A DNA stretch of 64,000 bases, taken from NCBI RefSeq assembly GCF_964204865.1, contig NC_135256.1, positions 14,756,001 to 14,820,000 of the forward strand, read 5' to 3'. The position numbers and the translations under genes are program-made. This stretch comes from Styela clava. Its lineage: Eukaryota. How positions within the stretch are numbered: position 1 is the stretch's first letter; the number at the start of each line of letters is the position of its first letter. This document shows, in pieces, positions 14,493 through 28,700 of this stretch. The notes under the pieces are model-generated. The model worked only from the letters and a program-made list of their open reading frames with translations, did not search any database and was not told where the DNA came from.

Positions 14493-15627
14493 TAGGGTTA
14501 CCATATTTTTTGGCCTTCAAAGCGGGACGTCTCCAAAGACACGACCCTTTAGCTGTGATCCTGTAACTTTACAGTTTCCGATTTTATTACATAGTGTAGC
14601 GGCCATGATTCTAAACAGTGACCGCTATTATTGTAACTAAACAGGCAACGGTAACCTAGCTAGGGCATTGAACCCTGACCATTTTGGTGTTGGCGGGATC
14701 TCTTTCGGCGTGGGCCGGCTGGGGGTAGGACGTATAAATTTGTATCTTAATCAATCGGGGGGTTTTAGGAATATTATTAATTGAGCGTAGTTTAAATTTA
14801 CATTATATAATTCTATTTCCTGTTGTTTCGTATAGTTATTATTGGTCCCTCCTGTGTAATAGCACTGTATTTTACCGGATTACTGTTTGACAACTATTTC
14901 ATCATTATTTGACTACTATTTTGACTCAACAATAAACATCTTTGGACAATCATTTCGAACTTTGAAAGAAACTCAGACAGTACGGCGTCATCAAATATAA
15001 AGTGCCTGTACGATCTTATCTATTCCAATCACCCTAACGAGCGCATCGCCATCGTATGGTGCTGAGCCGTTATACATAGGCCTACATTTAAAGCCATCCC
15101 GGCTGTCTTCATTGACCATATTGTCATCGAGAGTTCATGCGCATATTCTCTGTCTAAATATCGGGTTCAGTTCGAAAATAGAAAGGAATAGACGCTAACG
15201 ATACAAATGATCCGAATTTAGATATTTTTATGTACAGCCAAAGGAATAAAGAATTAGACTGCCGTTTTCAAGCATTGAAATTTTACTTATTCCCTAAGCA
15301 CGCCTTTCTGTAGATACCACCTTCAAAAAGACGTTGATCAATGTTACATTCACGTGAATGTCCGAACAGGACCAATTAAAATAGATTTTACATGTGATAC
15401 GTTCGCTAACAATGTTAGTGGGAAACAACAAACAAACAAAATAACGCATTCACCTTCAGTAATCAGCAATTCAGCCACACAGCAACAACATTAACAAGAG
15501 CATGTTAGTGTGTTATGCTGGATGGCTGAACGCAAGAGCGGGACTTTTGACTGACTTGTCGGGACGGTGGGACAAAACGCCAAAGAGCGATACTGTCCCG
15601 CCTAAAGCGGGACGTATGGTAAGCCTA
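14493..15627. mobile_element. Non-autonomous hAT element upstream of lectin copy 3
   Basis: TIRs tagggttaccata / tatggtaagccta; 8-bp TSD gccaggtc / gccaggac; cgggac subterminal repeats; empty site at about 8996 in unit 2. Confidence 0.85.
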
Positions 15628-17159
15628 GCCAGGACCAAAACCCATTATCGAATAGTTTGGGATTCGAATCCTACAGATGCGATATTTTGTGTTGCCCTCA
15701 CCCGATCAGACGATTTTGGTTACTTAATTCAATTAAATTCATGTGCGGAAACTCGGATTCGCACACATATGTATTATCGAAAAACGTTATTATGCCACGG
15801 CAAATGTTTTCATGATATAAAAGGGGTTTGGACGGAGTTACACTCTGTGAGAATCCCATATATGGGATGGATATGAGGGGATATGGATTCAAACCAAAAG
15901 AACTGAGAAAAAAATAATTCATATTTTTTTTTTTAATTTGAAATTATTGACCACTTTCCATTAATGATTATCAAATTAACTACACACTATTTTTTAATTC
16001 TTTAGTCCGCGCTCTCTAATGAAATTTGAATCAATGAAGAACATTTAATTCTGAAGTTTTGAATCGCTATTTAGAAATCAATCCATTACAAAGAGACTGG
16101 TAGGTGGTAACATGCTAAAACAAAATTTTTTATCATAAATATTTGCTTCTAAATTCTAATCAGCTAATCCTCCTTTCAAACAGATATAGACAATTTGATG
16201 TTTACCATGAACAGGAGTGGGAATCGTTTTGAATGGGTGTTTCAGCTGTTAAGTGATAAAACAACGTTAACAGAATCCAGACAAAAAGTGTTTTCAAATA
16301 ATTTAATTCAAAGAAATGTTACAACAATATGCTGTAACACAAATCTGGTTTATATTAAACCAAAATTTTTTAGGATTCACATAGATTTTCTTCATACAAT
16401 TAACCCGCATCGAATGAATTTTCAATGGCGTTTCGAGATTGCCACGATGAAAGATTCAAAGATATATACGGCATGGTTTCTTATAAAAGTTAAAACCAAA
16501 TAGTTTTTAAGCACCAAGTATTTCAAATATCTTGAAGATGATGTTGTCTGAAGTTTAACATAAAACAGACATACTGATAGACCATGAATACATGAAGAAG
16601 ACGATTTTCCAGTAAACAATGCTGCAAAATAATATTTGAAAACGAAAGTGTGGAGGCAGCATCAGTTGCTATTTTGCCGTAGATGCAGATTAGGTTCGTC
16701 CGAGTTGCAGAGTTGTAAGCGGCACTAATTAGAGCTATTAAAAAATATACAGAGGAAAATTTTGCTTGCTCACTCACCCATTCCAAACATTTCTGACCGT
16801 TTAACAACATTCTCCAACCAATCCGTTCTAGATTAAATCTATTTGCGGAAAAGGGATATATCTTTTTTGAAAATCCATAACTTGGCCTCACTAATTTTGT
16901 AAATATCGTTGCCTTCTTAAATGTTTTATCAACCGTGTCACTGTGTTAAATGATGAGGAAACACGCAGTTAAGGATAACAAAACGTTGTAGAACTAAATG
17001 TTCCTTTAAAGCGATGTGGTTGAATTTTATTCATTCATTTTGTGTTACTCATTAAGCTCTAGTTTTTGTTATATTAAATTATTTAAAAGATTGTTTTTGA
17101 TACTCCATATGTATCTTTGTTTCTTTTTATTGGAAGACTAAGTTATTTCCTCTGAAAAT

Positions 17160-20096
17160 ATGGCGAAATTAATAAAATTATTCTTTGTAATTTGTATCTG
17201 CCTTTTGCAATCCTCTTTTGGACAAGAAGGAGTCGGACTTTGCTCGCAGGTAAAACAAAATACCCAATACTACTACCAGTACTATACTCCTGAACAAATT
17301 AATGGCGCTACTAATTGCATACAATGATAATCGCTAAATTTTCTCAAAATAATTGTAATTGCGAAATCTTCCAACGTTATTATGTCGATTAGAAATATTA
17401 TGAATAAAAATTGAAAACTTGTCTACAAAGTGCAATTGAAGCCAGTATGGTTGATATATGCAAGTGTCCATAGAACTAAAATAAAATAAATACTTCATTG
17501 CAACAATTATGCTAAAACAATATGAGGTTATATAATTATAGAATATATCAATTTAGGTGTACCAGATGCATCAATATTGTATGAACCGACAAGACTACTC
17601 AACTGGAACTAACCAAGTTGCAAAACGAGGACGAGTCGGCAAAGCTGGGCCCAGGGGACCTCCTGGAATTGTAAACTACGGAGTCATTAATTCGACTATT
17701 TCAAAACAATTTGAAGGTGACTATTGACAAACTTCTATGAAAAATCATTTCTCTGTCAGTTTTGTAATTTCTTAATGTGTCGAATGCTGATTTGGATTCT
17801 AGATCTATCACTAAGAATTTTGCAAAATCAAATGCATAGCGGTTTATTCTATTTGTTAAAAATGGGTACTATTTGTAACTTCATACTTCAGCAAAAAACC
17901 TACATTACTTATTCGCGATGCTCAACATCTAGTGTTACTTATTGTTACTCACTGAGCAAAATCACTTCCGGTTCTCAAAGCAAAATTAGCAATCTATAAC
18001 TCCGCACAGCCCTATTAGCAGGGTTACCATTTAACTAGAGCCAAAGATAAGCACGGGTGTCAAAAGGTTATTTGGGGGGGGGGGGGGGGGGGGTACGAGT
18101 TTCTCCCGCACTCCCAATTTTGGTATTTGTTTTATTTATTTTAGTAGAAGTCGCTTCGAACAAGGTTGTATGCAGCCCTGAAATCGCAAAAAGCCACATA
18201 AAGTTTGCCGACCACTGCTCTAATGTCTTTATACTTTGGTTACCCGCATTGCTTCTTGCAAAATTTTCGTGTTTTGTGGTAGTGGTGTGGACACTAATTG
18301 CTGTTTTCCTCATGGCCTCTTAGTTGATATCGCTGTCGCAATAGCAGCAGTGAGCATAGCTCTACCTTTTCGACTTTGTTTAAAGTTAGCAAATTCCTTT
18401 TCAAATTCGAAATGAACTGATGTTTACATCTACTCATTTTCTAAATTATGGTTTGTCCCTAAAAACAGTCGCCCATGCCTTGCAACTAGCAACAACTATT
18501 GTAACTGCTGTGTCACAGTTTGCCTGGAAATACCGCAATCCTTACAGTGAACATAAACGGTTCGCGCTGAGAGCGAGCTTGTGGCGAGAGCAAACTTCAG
18601 CTTTGTACGCAAAACAAGGACGACTTATCCATGTTTCTAAGACAAAATAAGCACACAACTCAAAAATAAGCAATTTTCTTAGAAATAAGCACATCGTTAC
18701 TTTATAAGATGTAAGCTAGAAAATAAGCACAAATCTTAGAAATAAGTACGATATGGTAACCCTGCCTATTAGTGAGTCATATTTTTGGAAGAATATCGTT
18801 TGATATAACATGAAGCTATCTTTGTTTTACAGTTCTTGAAAATGGGCTAGAAACGAAATTTGCAGAAAACTTTCAAGCTTTGGAGAGGACGAACTCAAAT
18901 CGTGATGATATAGAACATTTACAGAGAGGTTTATTTTAAATAATTTTCGTAATATTTGATGATTTTTATGATCATAATTCGCCTACCACTCAAATATTTA
19001 ATAAAAAGTCAATATCACCATGTTTCAAACAGAATTAATGAACTGCACTCGAAGAATCAGCAATCTAGAAAAGATGTTTACGTGGAACAAAGCTAGCAAC
19101 AATTTTTTCTACATATTATTTCACGATGAAGTAACTTATGAAACTGCTAGATCGAACTGTAAGAGAATGGGAGCGAATCTTGCATCTGCGGGAGTCCGCG
19201 ATTCTATTGTTCGAAGGTAAGAAAGTCTAATGATTTTAAATAGTAGACACGAAGGAGCAAAACTAAACATTGTACTCTAACATGAGATGAATATGCTTCA
19301 AAACTAAAAAGTTAGAAAGACCCATAATTTCATATATTGGATTCGAAGGAGTTGTATTTGAGAGCAATATTTATCAAACAACACCCCACTTGAACCCCTC
19401 ATATTTTCAACGCTTGAGGAATTTAAAAGACAGTTTTTATCAGAACAATCTTCGAACAATTCGTCAAAGCATGCTCGCGATCGCAGTAAAAGTTAGGAAA
19501 ATCTTAAGAGAAGAATGTTTGCGAGTAGTTAGTTGATAATTTCGCGCGTCTGTATGCGCGAATGTACGTTTGTCTTTAACGCCGCGAAATAACTTTTAAG
19601 CAAAACGTTGTCCTTGATTACTATAAATTTGAGTACATTCGAACTCAAACTGAAGTTTAGGTGTAAACAAATAGATTCTGTTCATTTCTGGAGAAATAAT
19701 TTAGAAATCCAGGGGATCTGTATAATTCTGTATGAAAGTTTGATGTAGAAGTTTGTATTTTTTGTATAATTAGATGAGAGGCGCTGAATATTTGGTTTTG
19801 TATTTAATGATGAACCAAACTTAAGCGCATTATCTTTTAATTTTAGTCAACTGATTTCATTGATAAAATCTGGAGGAAGTAACGTTTGGATCGGCTTGAA
19901 TGATCTTCAGCGGGAGGGTAACTTCATTTGGGCAGATGGTGTCGTCTCTACTAAAGCGAATACAGATTGGTATACAAACCAACCCGACAATTATAGCAAT
20001 GAAGATTGTGGACATTTTTCCCCTGGGTATGGATGGAAATTGAATGATGCTCCATGTAGCTATCTGATGAACTATCTATGTGAAAAACAAATTTAA
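17160..20096 (+). CDS. Secreted collectin-like C-type lectin, copy 3 (exons 17160-17249, 17557-17716, 18833-18928, 19033-19216, 19847-20096)
   Basis: Third paralog with the same structure; GRVGKAGPRGPPGIV; CTLD QPDNYSNEDC...LND. Confidence 0.9.
18019..18764. mobile_element. Non-autonomous hAT element in intron 2 of lectin copy 3
   Basis: TIRs cagggttaccat / atggtaaccctg; perfect 8-bp TSD cctattag; aataagcac subterminal repeats; single cctattag at the same position in copies 1 and 2. Confidence 0.92.
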
Positions 20097-22028
20097 AATT
20101 TGAAAAAATTAGGGATATGGAAAGACGTTTTAACTTTTTCCCACAAAAGAGAGTGAGTGTCCACACACGGTTAACTACATTTTTACTATATATACTTGTA
20201 TATATGACCTATAATGTTATAGACGTATATATAATTAATAACAAAATCAATTGATTGTTAAATGTCAGTCGTGATAAAAAATCCAGTTTAGAAGATCGAT
20301 ATTGGTTAGCAAACTCTGTCAAACTTGAGAAAAATGGGAATTGTTTTATTTCAGCATAACTAAAATTACTGCAAAAGATTTTTGCAAAATAATAGATTGC
20401 TAGTATAAATATTAAAACCTTTTCTTTCCCATTATAAACTAATTTATTAACAGTAATGGCCTATCAAGTGAATTATAAAAGTAGCGTTTACATGTAGTTT
20501 CTGACCAATTTATTCAAGATGAATAATACGAAAAGAAATAAACCTCACGTGTTTTCAATGTTGGTGGTCTGAATGCGTTATTGTGTATCAAAGAAAAAAG
20601 ATGTATTTCAGATTCAGATATGTCGTGTAAAACGAAGCAAATATTTCTTTAAGTGTGTCCAGATAAATTTTAGTCCTAATATAGATATATTCAACTCATG
20701 TTATGGGTCAGGTAGAGTACGGGATATTGATTGGGGTAATATGGACATGAAAATGATGATTATTGACTACTGCATATCGTCAAAGATTTTTTTTTTTTTT
20801 TTTTCATTTTGCTCCGCATTTCAAGCTTTAGCTTACTCCAAAGCTTCAGGTATAAATGATTCCATTCATGCCTTTGATTGAATAGAACACATATGCTCAA
20901 GGGCAATACATACGAAAATCTCAAAGAAAGTTAAAGTATACATGAAATATTAAAATTGTAATTTTTCCGACAAATAAATATGAATATTCTCAAATTATTT
21001 AATTTATCAATCTGGCGGTGCCCACCTGATCGCTGAGAACGTGAATGGTGATGTGATATTCGCGCAATTGTTGAACATTAGAAAAACCATGGGTAACACA
21101 AAGGGTACAGAGAGTTATTAAATATAAAAAAGATATTGATTAAATAATATGCAACCGAGAGGGAGTTTCATCTTTAATATCAGAAATATAAGAGTGATAG
21201 GTCCAATAATAACAAAAGCTTCCCAGTCACAACCGCAATAACAATAATTAGTGCAACATTCCAAAGGTCCACTTTATGCTTCCACGAATGTTCGTCAAGT
21301 GAGGTATTACAAAATCCATCTATTGTTTACTGAAATTTCAAGCACATGACCTGGCTTGGTTGGCATCTGTGCGACGAAGGAAGTGATCTATGAAGTCATT
21401 TCGTGTGCAAACGCGTACACAGCTCAACAATCTACGACAATCACGAATGCTTGTAAGGAAAGGTAATGGCAATTGCAAAAAGTATGATACTAAAGTTTTA
21501 TGGGCATCATGACTAAATAGTTCCTGTTCATACATGCGCTTCAAAAAAGTGAATTATGCTACGTGCAACTAATTATATATGGATAATTTGAAGAAAAATT
21601 ACTCATTATGGCAATGCACTTAGTCATTATTATACATCCACCACCATTCACAGCGAGTCAGTTCAAACCAAATAGCTGTGTTGAAGAGTGTCGAATGAGA
21701 AAGAATTCCTTCATTCCGTATATTTCGAGCAGCTAAACTAACCGACATGAACTTTTTAAGTAATATGATATTAATATTTTTTTTGATACTGAAACCGAGT
21801 CTCATTTTTGCTGGTGAGTTTTTAAAAGTTTTTTGCGAATATTAAAATTAACTGTATATAATCGAACCATTCATAGTCAATATTCATTTGGATGTATATT
21901 TGTAGGATTTCTTTGATTTGAGAAAAATATCTATGTCAGTCTTGTCAGAATGAAAGATATTCTCCAATCTTGTTTGCATTCCTTTTAATTTTAGTTGGGA
22001 CTAGAGCAATGCAAAATCGAGCGGCACC

Positions 22029-25000
22029 ATGGCGTTAATGTGTCTACGTCTAAACATTGTGTGTGTGGTGTTAAGAGTTTGTTGCTCCAATGATTCAAGA
22101 AATCTTGCAAGTTTAAAAATTTTTGTTTGCTGAAATTGGTTTCCGAATATCTTCATAACTGTACAGTATACTTAGGTATTACTCATCGATCTTAAGATCG
22201 GTAAGTATGTTGATAGGTTTTCGTCTGTCTGTGTGTTTGTCTGTTAGACACTTTCTTATGTTACGCGATATCTCACGAAATCGGAGTTGAATCTCCTCCA
22301 AATTTTGCATGTGGATTCATCATATCTCGGACCAAAAGCCTACTGATTTTGGATGAATTATGTCGTATAATTAGAATTTTTAAATAATTAGTGATAGGAC
22401 ACACGGTATCGCTGGGGAGCGGATGAATCGAAACCGCAGTTTTTATTTTGGGGGATCCCCTAACTTTTGATCGATAAGTCTTCGGTCTCTGACCGATATT
22501 CTCGTGTATATATTTTGATGAGTAGATCTGAATTCGGCCTCACTTCAGTTGAAAAATAAAAATTTACCGCGTCAGATCTTAAGATGAATTGCATCACCTT
22601 CCCCCATCTATGGTGAATGTACGGAGAAAATAAAGGACTGAATGAAAATGAGCAAAATTTGTTTTTTTTACAATGCAATAATGCGTTTTCAGATGACCCG
22701 TTTTCGAATGTCCAGTTGGTTATTGAGGATGGCCAAGGTTCCTGTAAGAAGGAAGATCATTTATCGGTAAGTATGTGAACATGCAATTCCTGCAAATTAA
22801 ATCAGAATATGGCAAATTTCCTGATTGATTGCTTCGAGGTTTTATCTTTCTATTCAAACGTGTTTGCTTGTACAATAATATTCCATATACCCGGATTACC
22901 CAAGCCGTTAAAACATGCTTGGCTGACCAATTTACTGCAAGACCCTGAAGTTGCAAGAGTTTCATTTATGTATACCGCAATCTTTTGTTTCAATTCTCTG
23001 ATCATATGTAAGTGTTCTAAACTAAACTTTATCCGATACGATTTGTAACGTGCTGCAGAAGACTAATGCGGAGGTATGGCATACTGGAGTGTTAATGACC
23101 ATCGTTTCCTCCTGACGTGTAGGCAAAAGTGCTATGAGTCAGTTATGAAGTAATGTATCAGTCTAGCCTGGACGGGCTTCTAACATGATTTGAAACTCAA
23201 CTAAAAACTCGGTCTCTCGTACTTTATTAAAATTTCTTTTTTTTATGAATTCAAAAATTTGTTTATTTTTACAGATTAAAAGTGAGCAAGGTGAGTACAA
23301 CGGTTTTTGATGAAATTTCTTGCAAATCTACCCGACTCCCAAGAAGCAGTTTGAATTTGCTAAAGTATATTGAGAAATTGTGAATGAGGCATTTATCGAA
23401 GAAAAACATATAAGCTATTCAATCATATTTAATCAATTTTCCCAGATTGTGTTTGGTCTACAGACTCTATTAGATCGATCATCATTCAGCATCATATTAT
23501 TTATATTAAGGATGGATTTTACGAACCTAGATAACCTAAGCTATAGTATTTGGTTACTTTGTTGTTATTTTAAAAGATCAGTTTCTAATTCAATTTATTG
23601 TCCAACCACATGTTTATATTTTTTCAAAGTTTATTGTATATATTTTATTTCGATGCAGAATTGAGAGAAGCATTGGAGAAAAAATTACTGAAGTTTTTGG
23701 CTGACAATCCTGGACAAGAGATCGCTATAACAACACAATTGATAGCGAATGGTACTAGCCCCGTTAAGCATTCACATGTGTATATAGGAATACTAAAATG
23801 CCTTACTAAAAATCACTTGTAACAAAAATTATTTTATTCGATATCTTTAGTGTTCAATTATAGTATAAATAAAAGCGAAGTTTATTGCCTGATTTTCGAA
23901 ATATTGATGCTGTATGTCCATAGTTTCACAGCCTAAATATTCACTTTGTTCTAGTTCATAAGATGTCAAATTTTGCTCGGATGGGCATTGACTACCCTAC
24001 AATGCACATTGAGTGAGATAGTAGGCATGTGATTTTAACTCTATAGTATTTTAACCTTGGGTACCAAAAAAAGGTCTAACGGTTTTAAATACTTGGCCAT
24101 CGCGCACACGTCATTTTGAAACGATATTTTAATGTCGTTCGTCGTGTATGCGATAGATCACGCGGTCGGAACAATCAAAGTACGCAAACCATTTCCTTAC
24201 CTCATCTGTTGTGACGTTTCACTAGAATTGATCCATAATAAAACGAAGTAACCATACAATGCGTATACACAAACCCCAAATTTTTCGGTAGACTTTCACG
24301 TCGACAAGAAGTTGAGAAATTGATTTACCATGTGAAAGTATTAATACTACATTACTTTTGGAAATAAAATAAAAATTGGAAATATATTTGTCAGATACGA
24401 CGATACATAATCTGATTTTTAATCGATGTTTCGATTGCTTTCTTCTAGAAATTTCATGTTCACCAGGATGGTATAAAGCGAGCAATAATTATTGTTACAA
24501 ATATTTTACACATGGAGCAAAATACGAAACTGCGAAATCAAATTGCGAAAATGAAGGAGGAACTCTCGCTGCTGCCGGAATTCGAGATTTCGTCGTTCGG
24601 ATGTAATACCTATATGAATAAACATTTTATAATAAAATTAAATTTCGGTTATAATCATCAAAACTTTTCTACTACCGCTACTACTACCGGGCCGCTTAAT
24701 GGCGTCTCAAGTCCGGCTTTTGTTAGTATTTTATGTTTGACTTCTTTCTCATTATGATTTAATATTAGACTCACTGCCTCAAAGGTGACGCTGCTCGATA
24801 ACCATCTCTGGTGTATCGCGTCTCCCTTCACACTGAAATGTAATTTTTTATTTTTCTTTTGTTCGTCAATGTTTACATTCGGTTTGTGATAAAATAAACT
24901 ACTGACTGACTGACTACTTATCAGGTTTAAAAAAAATTAAAACTAGTACAATAAACGCGGTCATTGGTATACATTAAACTCTAAGTAGCCAGAACGCCAC

Positions 25001-25725
25001 TATTTCTGCTCAATTTTGGAAGTCCTCCCATGGTAACAAATAGTGCTTCAGGCTTGGAAATGTGAAAACTTCATATTTTTTTTTTTATTTGCGTTTTTGA
25101 CCCTGTACAATCTAATTCTAAGGAAATGACGTTGTGGCCCAGCTCCGCTGGAGGATCGAAATATAATTTAGCTCAAAGTTTCGAAAATAAATCTCCACAA
25201 ATTAGTTTAATAATTTTGATTTTCTAATTTTTTTTATTAATTCTGTTATTCTTCTATGTAAACAAAACTGGAATTGCCGCTAGTAGCTAATGCGTTATTG
25301 CACATCATTTTTTTACAAATTGTTTCTGGTCGCTTAATTCGGACAAATGCTCTCAAATTTAAGTAAAAGTTACTGTGATTAATACTAACTAACTTACTAA
25401 GCAGCACTCTACATTCTCACAATACTTAGCTAATACATACTATACCAGTAATACAAACTTAGTATTCATTTTTTGAAGGGAATTGATTCAAAGCATGGGC
25501 ATTAAACAAAACATTTGGATCGGTGTGGATGACATAATAGAAGAGAAGAGTTTTATTTGGGCGGATGGTGGATGTTATGTTGAGTCAGATACTAACTGGA
25601 GTTATAAACAACCGGACGACCACAATGATAATGAGGATTGTGTTCAATTGTATCATTCCAATGGGAAATTGAATGATAACAACTGTGATATCCTATTATC
25701 ATACCTTTGTGAAAAAAAACTATGA
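22029..25725 (+). CDS. Divergent C-type lectin without collagen segment (CTLD exons 24449-24602 and 25479-25725 firm; upstream exons 23659-23751, 23275-23290, 22693-22766 probable; first exon 22029-22110 tentative)
   Basis: CSPGWYKASNNYCYK...NCENEGGTLA, WIGVDD, FIWADG, QPD, EDCVQL, LND, YLCEK; same phase-2 intron position in the CTLD as copies 1-3; upstream exons join in phase but the 5' end is uncertain. Confidence 0.7.
22179..22505 (+). mobile_element. Helentron-associated (HINE/DINE-1-like) non-autonomous element, copy A
   Basis: 5' palindrome and subTIR actcatcgatc, GTCT-type microsatellite, 3' subTIR gatcgataagt followed by hairpin tcggtc-tct-gaccga; second copy at 46212. Confidence 0.75.
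24730..24920 (+). repeat. Possible 3' end of a non-LTR retroelement
   Basis: aataaa followed by a short (actg)n tail; no ORF. Confidence 0.25.
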
Positions 25726-28700
25726 TTTCGTAAAAATGCCGTTGCTGTAATCAAGGAAGACTTGTGGACAATGTTACGAAACAATACTGAGAATTAGGAA
25801 AGTAAATATTACATGTTGAATTAACATTCCGATAGAATTCTGTAAATTACTACGCTGTAACATATTGAGATTTTCAATCGCTATATGATATTGTTTAGTT
25901 TATTGTGAATAATATAAGACACACAGGAGTCATGTTAAAGGCCAAATATTCAAACTTATAAGACAAGATATAAATTGTAGTTTGCACTTTATTTTCTTGG
26001 CTCGTGCGAAAATCTCATTTTTCATCAAGCAAGAAATATTTCTTTCTAGTTTTTCTGCCTGTAAATTCATTAGCATTCCAATTTTGTTATTTTCAATGTC
26101 TTTGTAGCCAGATCGTAGCCAAAGACTATCATAAATGCTAGTAAATATTGAAGTGTCTCACTTTCCTTCTTCTCTTATAGTCTGTATGTCAAACGATGGC
26201 GATTACTTATTTTAACAGTCTCATATTTCATGTTTTTGAATTTGAGTCTCTATAATCTTTATGTTGATAAAATACTTTGTTGTAAAATTGCTTATGGTAA
26301 TTGTAACTTCTCTTCGAGCCATACTATCTTACTATCTTTTTTTTTCAAAAATCAACTAACATTGAACTTTTTTTGCTTAATCCCTAAAATGCCATTGAAA
26401 TGACATAATAAAAATGAGCTATCAAAATGAAATTGTCGGAGTTTTGAAAACAGAATAATTGGGTTTTATTGACAGCATATTGTATACAATTCTATAACGT
26501 AGCATTGCAAAATATTTGATGCTTAATTTGAATGTTTGTGCGAGCTGAAGCTCGCAAACCTGATGGTATGACGCAAGTTGTCGGGACTAATTTTGAATTA
26601 ATGCGACAAAAATAAATCTTTTCGGACGACCATTGAATTATACTCAATTTTCTTGAAATTAAAATGGGCGATACCATAAAAACGAAATGTTTACAACCAT
26701 GACTGAAAAATCTGTTCGAAAAAGTTTCAAATGTTAGATCATGGTTAACTCATTGCGGATTGTTCCCTAATACGGGTATAAGCAAGGAAAACAATGCTCC
26801 TGGATATATCACTTACATTCGGTATACCTGATCATAATGACAAGCATGAGGAAATACTACGTCACAAGCGTATTATCTGCGTATATAATGGGTATAGTGT
26901 AATGCTTTGTTGCCCTAAGTCAAACAATGATCTTTAGGATGACGATGCTCGATTGGTGATGATTGGTCAATTGAATTAATAAATGCAATGGGTTTACACA
27001 AATTGCTCTTCTTTGTGTAACCTTATTCAGCATAAAATATTTGAATCCAATCGAATGAAATGATACTAATTACTATGATTTTAAGAGCTATATTAATAGC
27101 TCTATACTGTATATACAATATATAATATATATTATTTAAATATATATAATTATATTTTCTGTGCAGCCACTTTTCTGTCAACGATTAGAGGTCAAGAACG
27201 GTAATTCAAATAAAAATACTGACCAAAAATTACTTGATTCCATAGTATTCCAATGACTTGACCTAATTTTTGTTAAAATCTATGGGTTTAAGCAAACGTA
27301 AGCAATGAGAAAATTATTAAAAAATTAGTGCAACTGCGCTCAATTCTACAGAAATTCTTTAAATTGTATTTGGGATCTGTGAAATACTGTAAATGTCCGT
27401 ATCGTTCTGATTATCAATGAAATTCTCATGTTCTTTAAAGATTTGAGCAAACGAAAACGATTCGAAACTGAATTTACAAATCAGAACTGAAGTACAACAG
27501 TAAAATATTTTTTGAAGCATTTGAGCTAATCTAGAAGTTAAAAAATGAAATTGCGAAAGTATATTTGTCGATACAGGATTATATATCCCACAGAAATTAT
27601 TACTTTTGTAAAAATCTAATTCTAATTTGTTCCCGACCAGGCATACAATTCAGAGTCGAACACTTTTAAAGTAATATATTATTGAAAGTATGTCCAAATA
27701 TACAATTACTTATGATCGTCAATTACTATGCATGATGTTCGAATATTGCTTGTCTACGTGACTCTGACAGCGTATAAAATATATTTGTGAAATGTTCTTA
27801 TGTGTACATTGCAACTTTATGAGCGGCCTATGTTGTGTTTGTTTACCTTAACTTGTTTATCTCTCTTATGTATGACATAATTTGCGATCTTACGTCACAT
27901 CGTGTTTTTCTGAAAATGCAAAACAAACTGGTTGTTAAACGTAAATAGTTTTATACTTTTTTCTCGTACTTGCAATGGAAATCAGCTAGCGTAATTCGAG
28001 TTTGTTACATACTATGGTGCCAGAAACAACACCAACCCTATGCAAACTAGTCAGAAACATATTTTTCAGGTAAAAATTTAATTTAAAACTTTGATTCTGG
28101 TATTTTCGAAAAGACAGAATATCATATTCTTTTATAAGGTGTACCCACTGTTAGGTGCGTCCGATAGTTTTGGTGCGAAAATAAAATATGCCACACCCAG
28201 CTGTCTGAATGTTTTATATTCTATCTCATCACGATAATATTTTATTAATCCGACATAATACATATAGGTGAATCAAATAGTAACCCGCGAAAACGTCTGC
28301 GTAATTAGAAATCCTTACGGGTTGGCGATGATGAAATGAAAAAATCTGCAATCTCATCATTCATCCGTCCGAAAAGTTTTTAACACGATATGACGCGACA
28401 AATTAAATATTTGCAGTACATATAATAATATTTTATAGTATCGTTTGCTTAATAAATATTCTATGGTTGTTCTGTTTTGTTTGGCTCAATCCATGACTAG
28501 ACAAACTTGTGGAGAAAATTTTAGAAACAGTCGTGTGAATTTCTCTTACGACGGTCATAGTAGTAGATTAACCCTAGTTTTAAAGTATAAACTTAGATAA
28601 TGATAGTCTATTATTTTACATCAGAATGTAAAATATAGTTTATATTGTATATGGGATGATATTTCTTTTATTCAGAAAAGAATCTTTTGTTCGATTTATG

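Larger units (their letters stand above)
130..20660 (+). repeat. Three-unit tandem segmental duplication carrying the collectin genes (units about 130-6100, 8330-13710, 13840-20660)
   Basis: Upstream, intronic and downstream sequences recur three times, e.g. atgcaattgatt.aattcaaccacttt at about 132, 8330 and 13837. Confidence 0.9.

Noticed and set aside
21345-21465. Exon-like stretch PGLVGICATKEVIYEVISCANAY... with a possible donor
   Set aside because: It faintly resembles the lectin N-terminal Cys segment but has an upstream stop and cannot be joined into a consistent model
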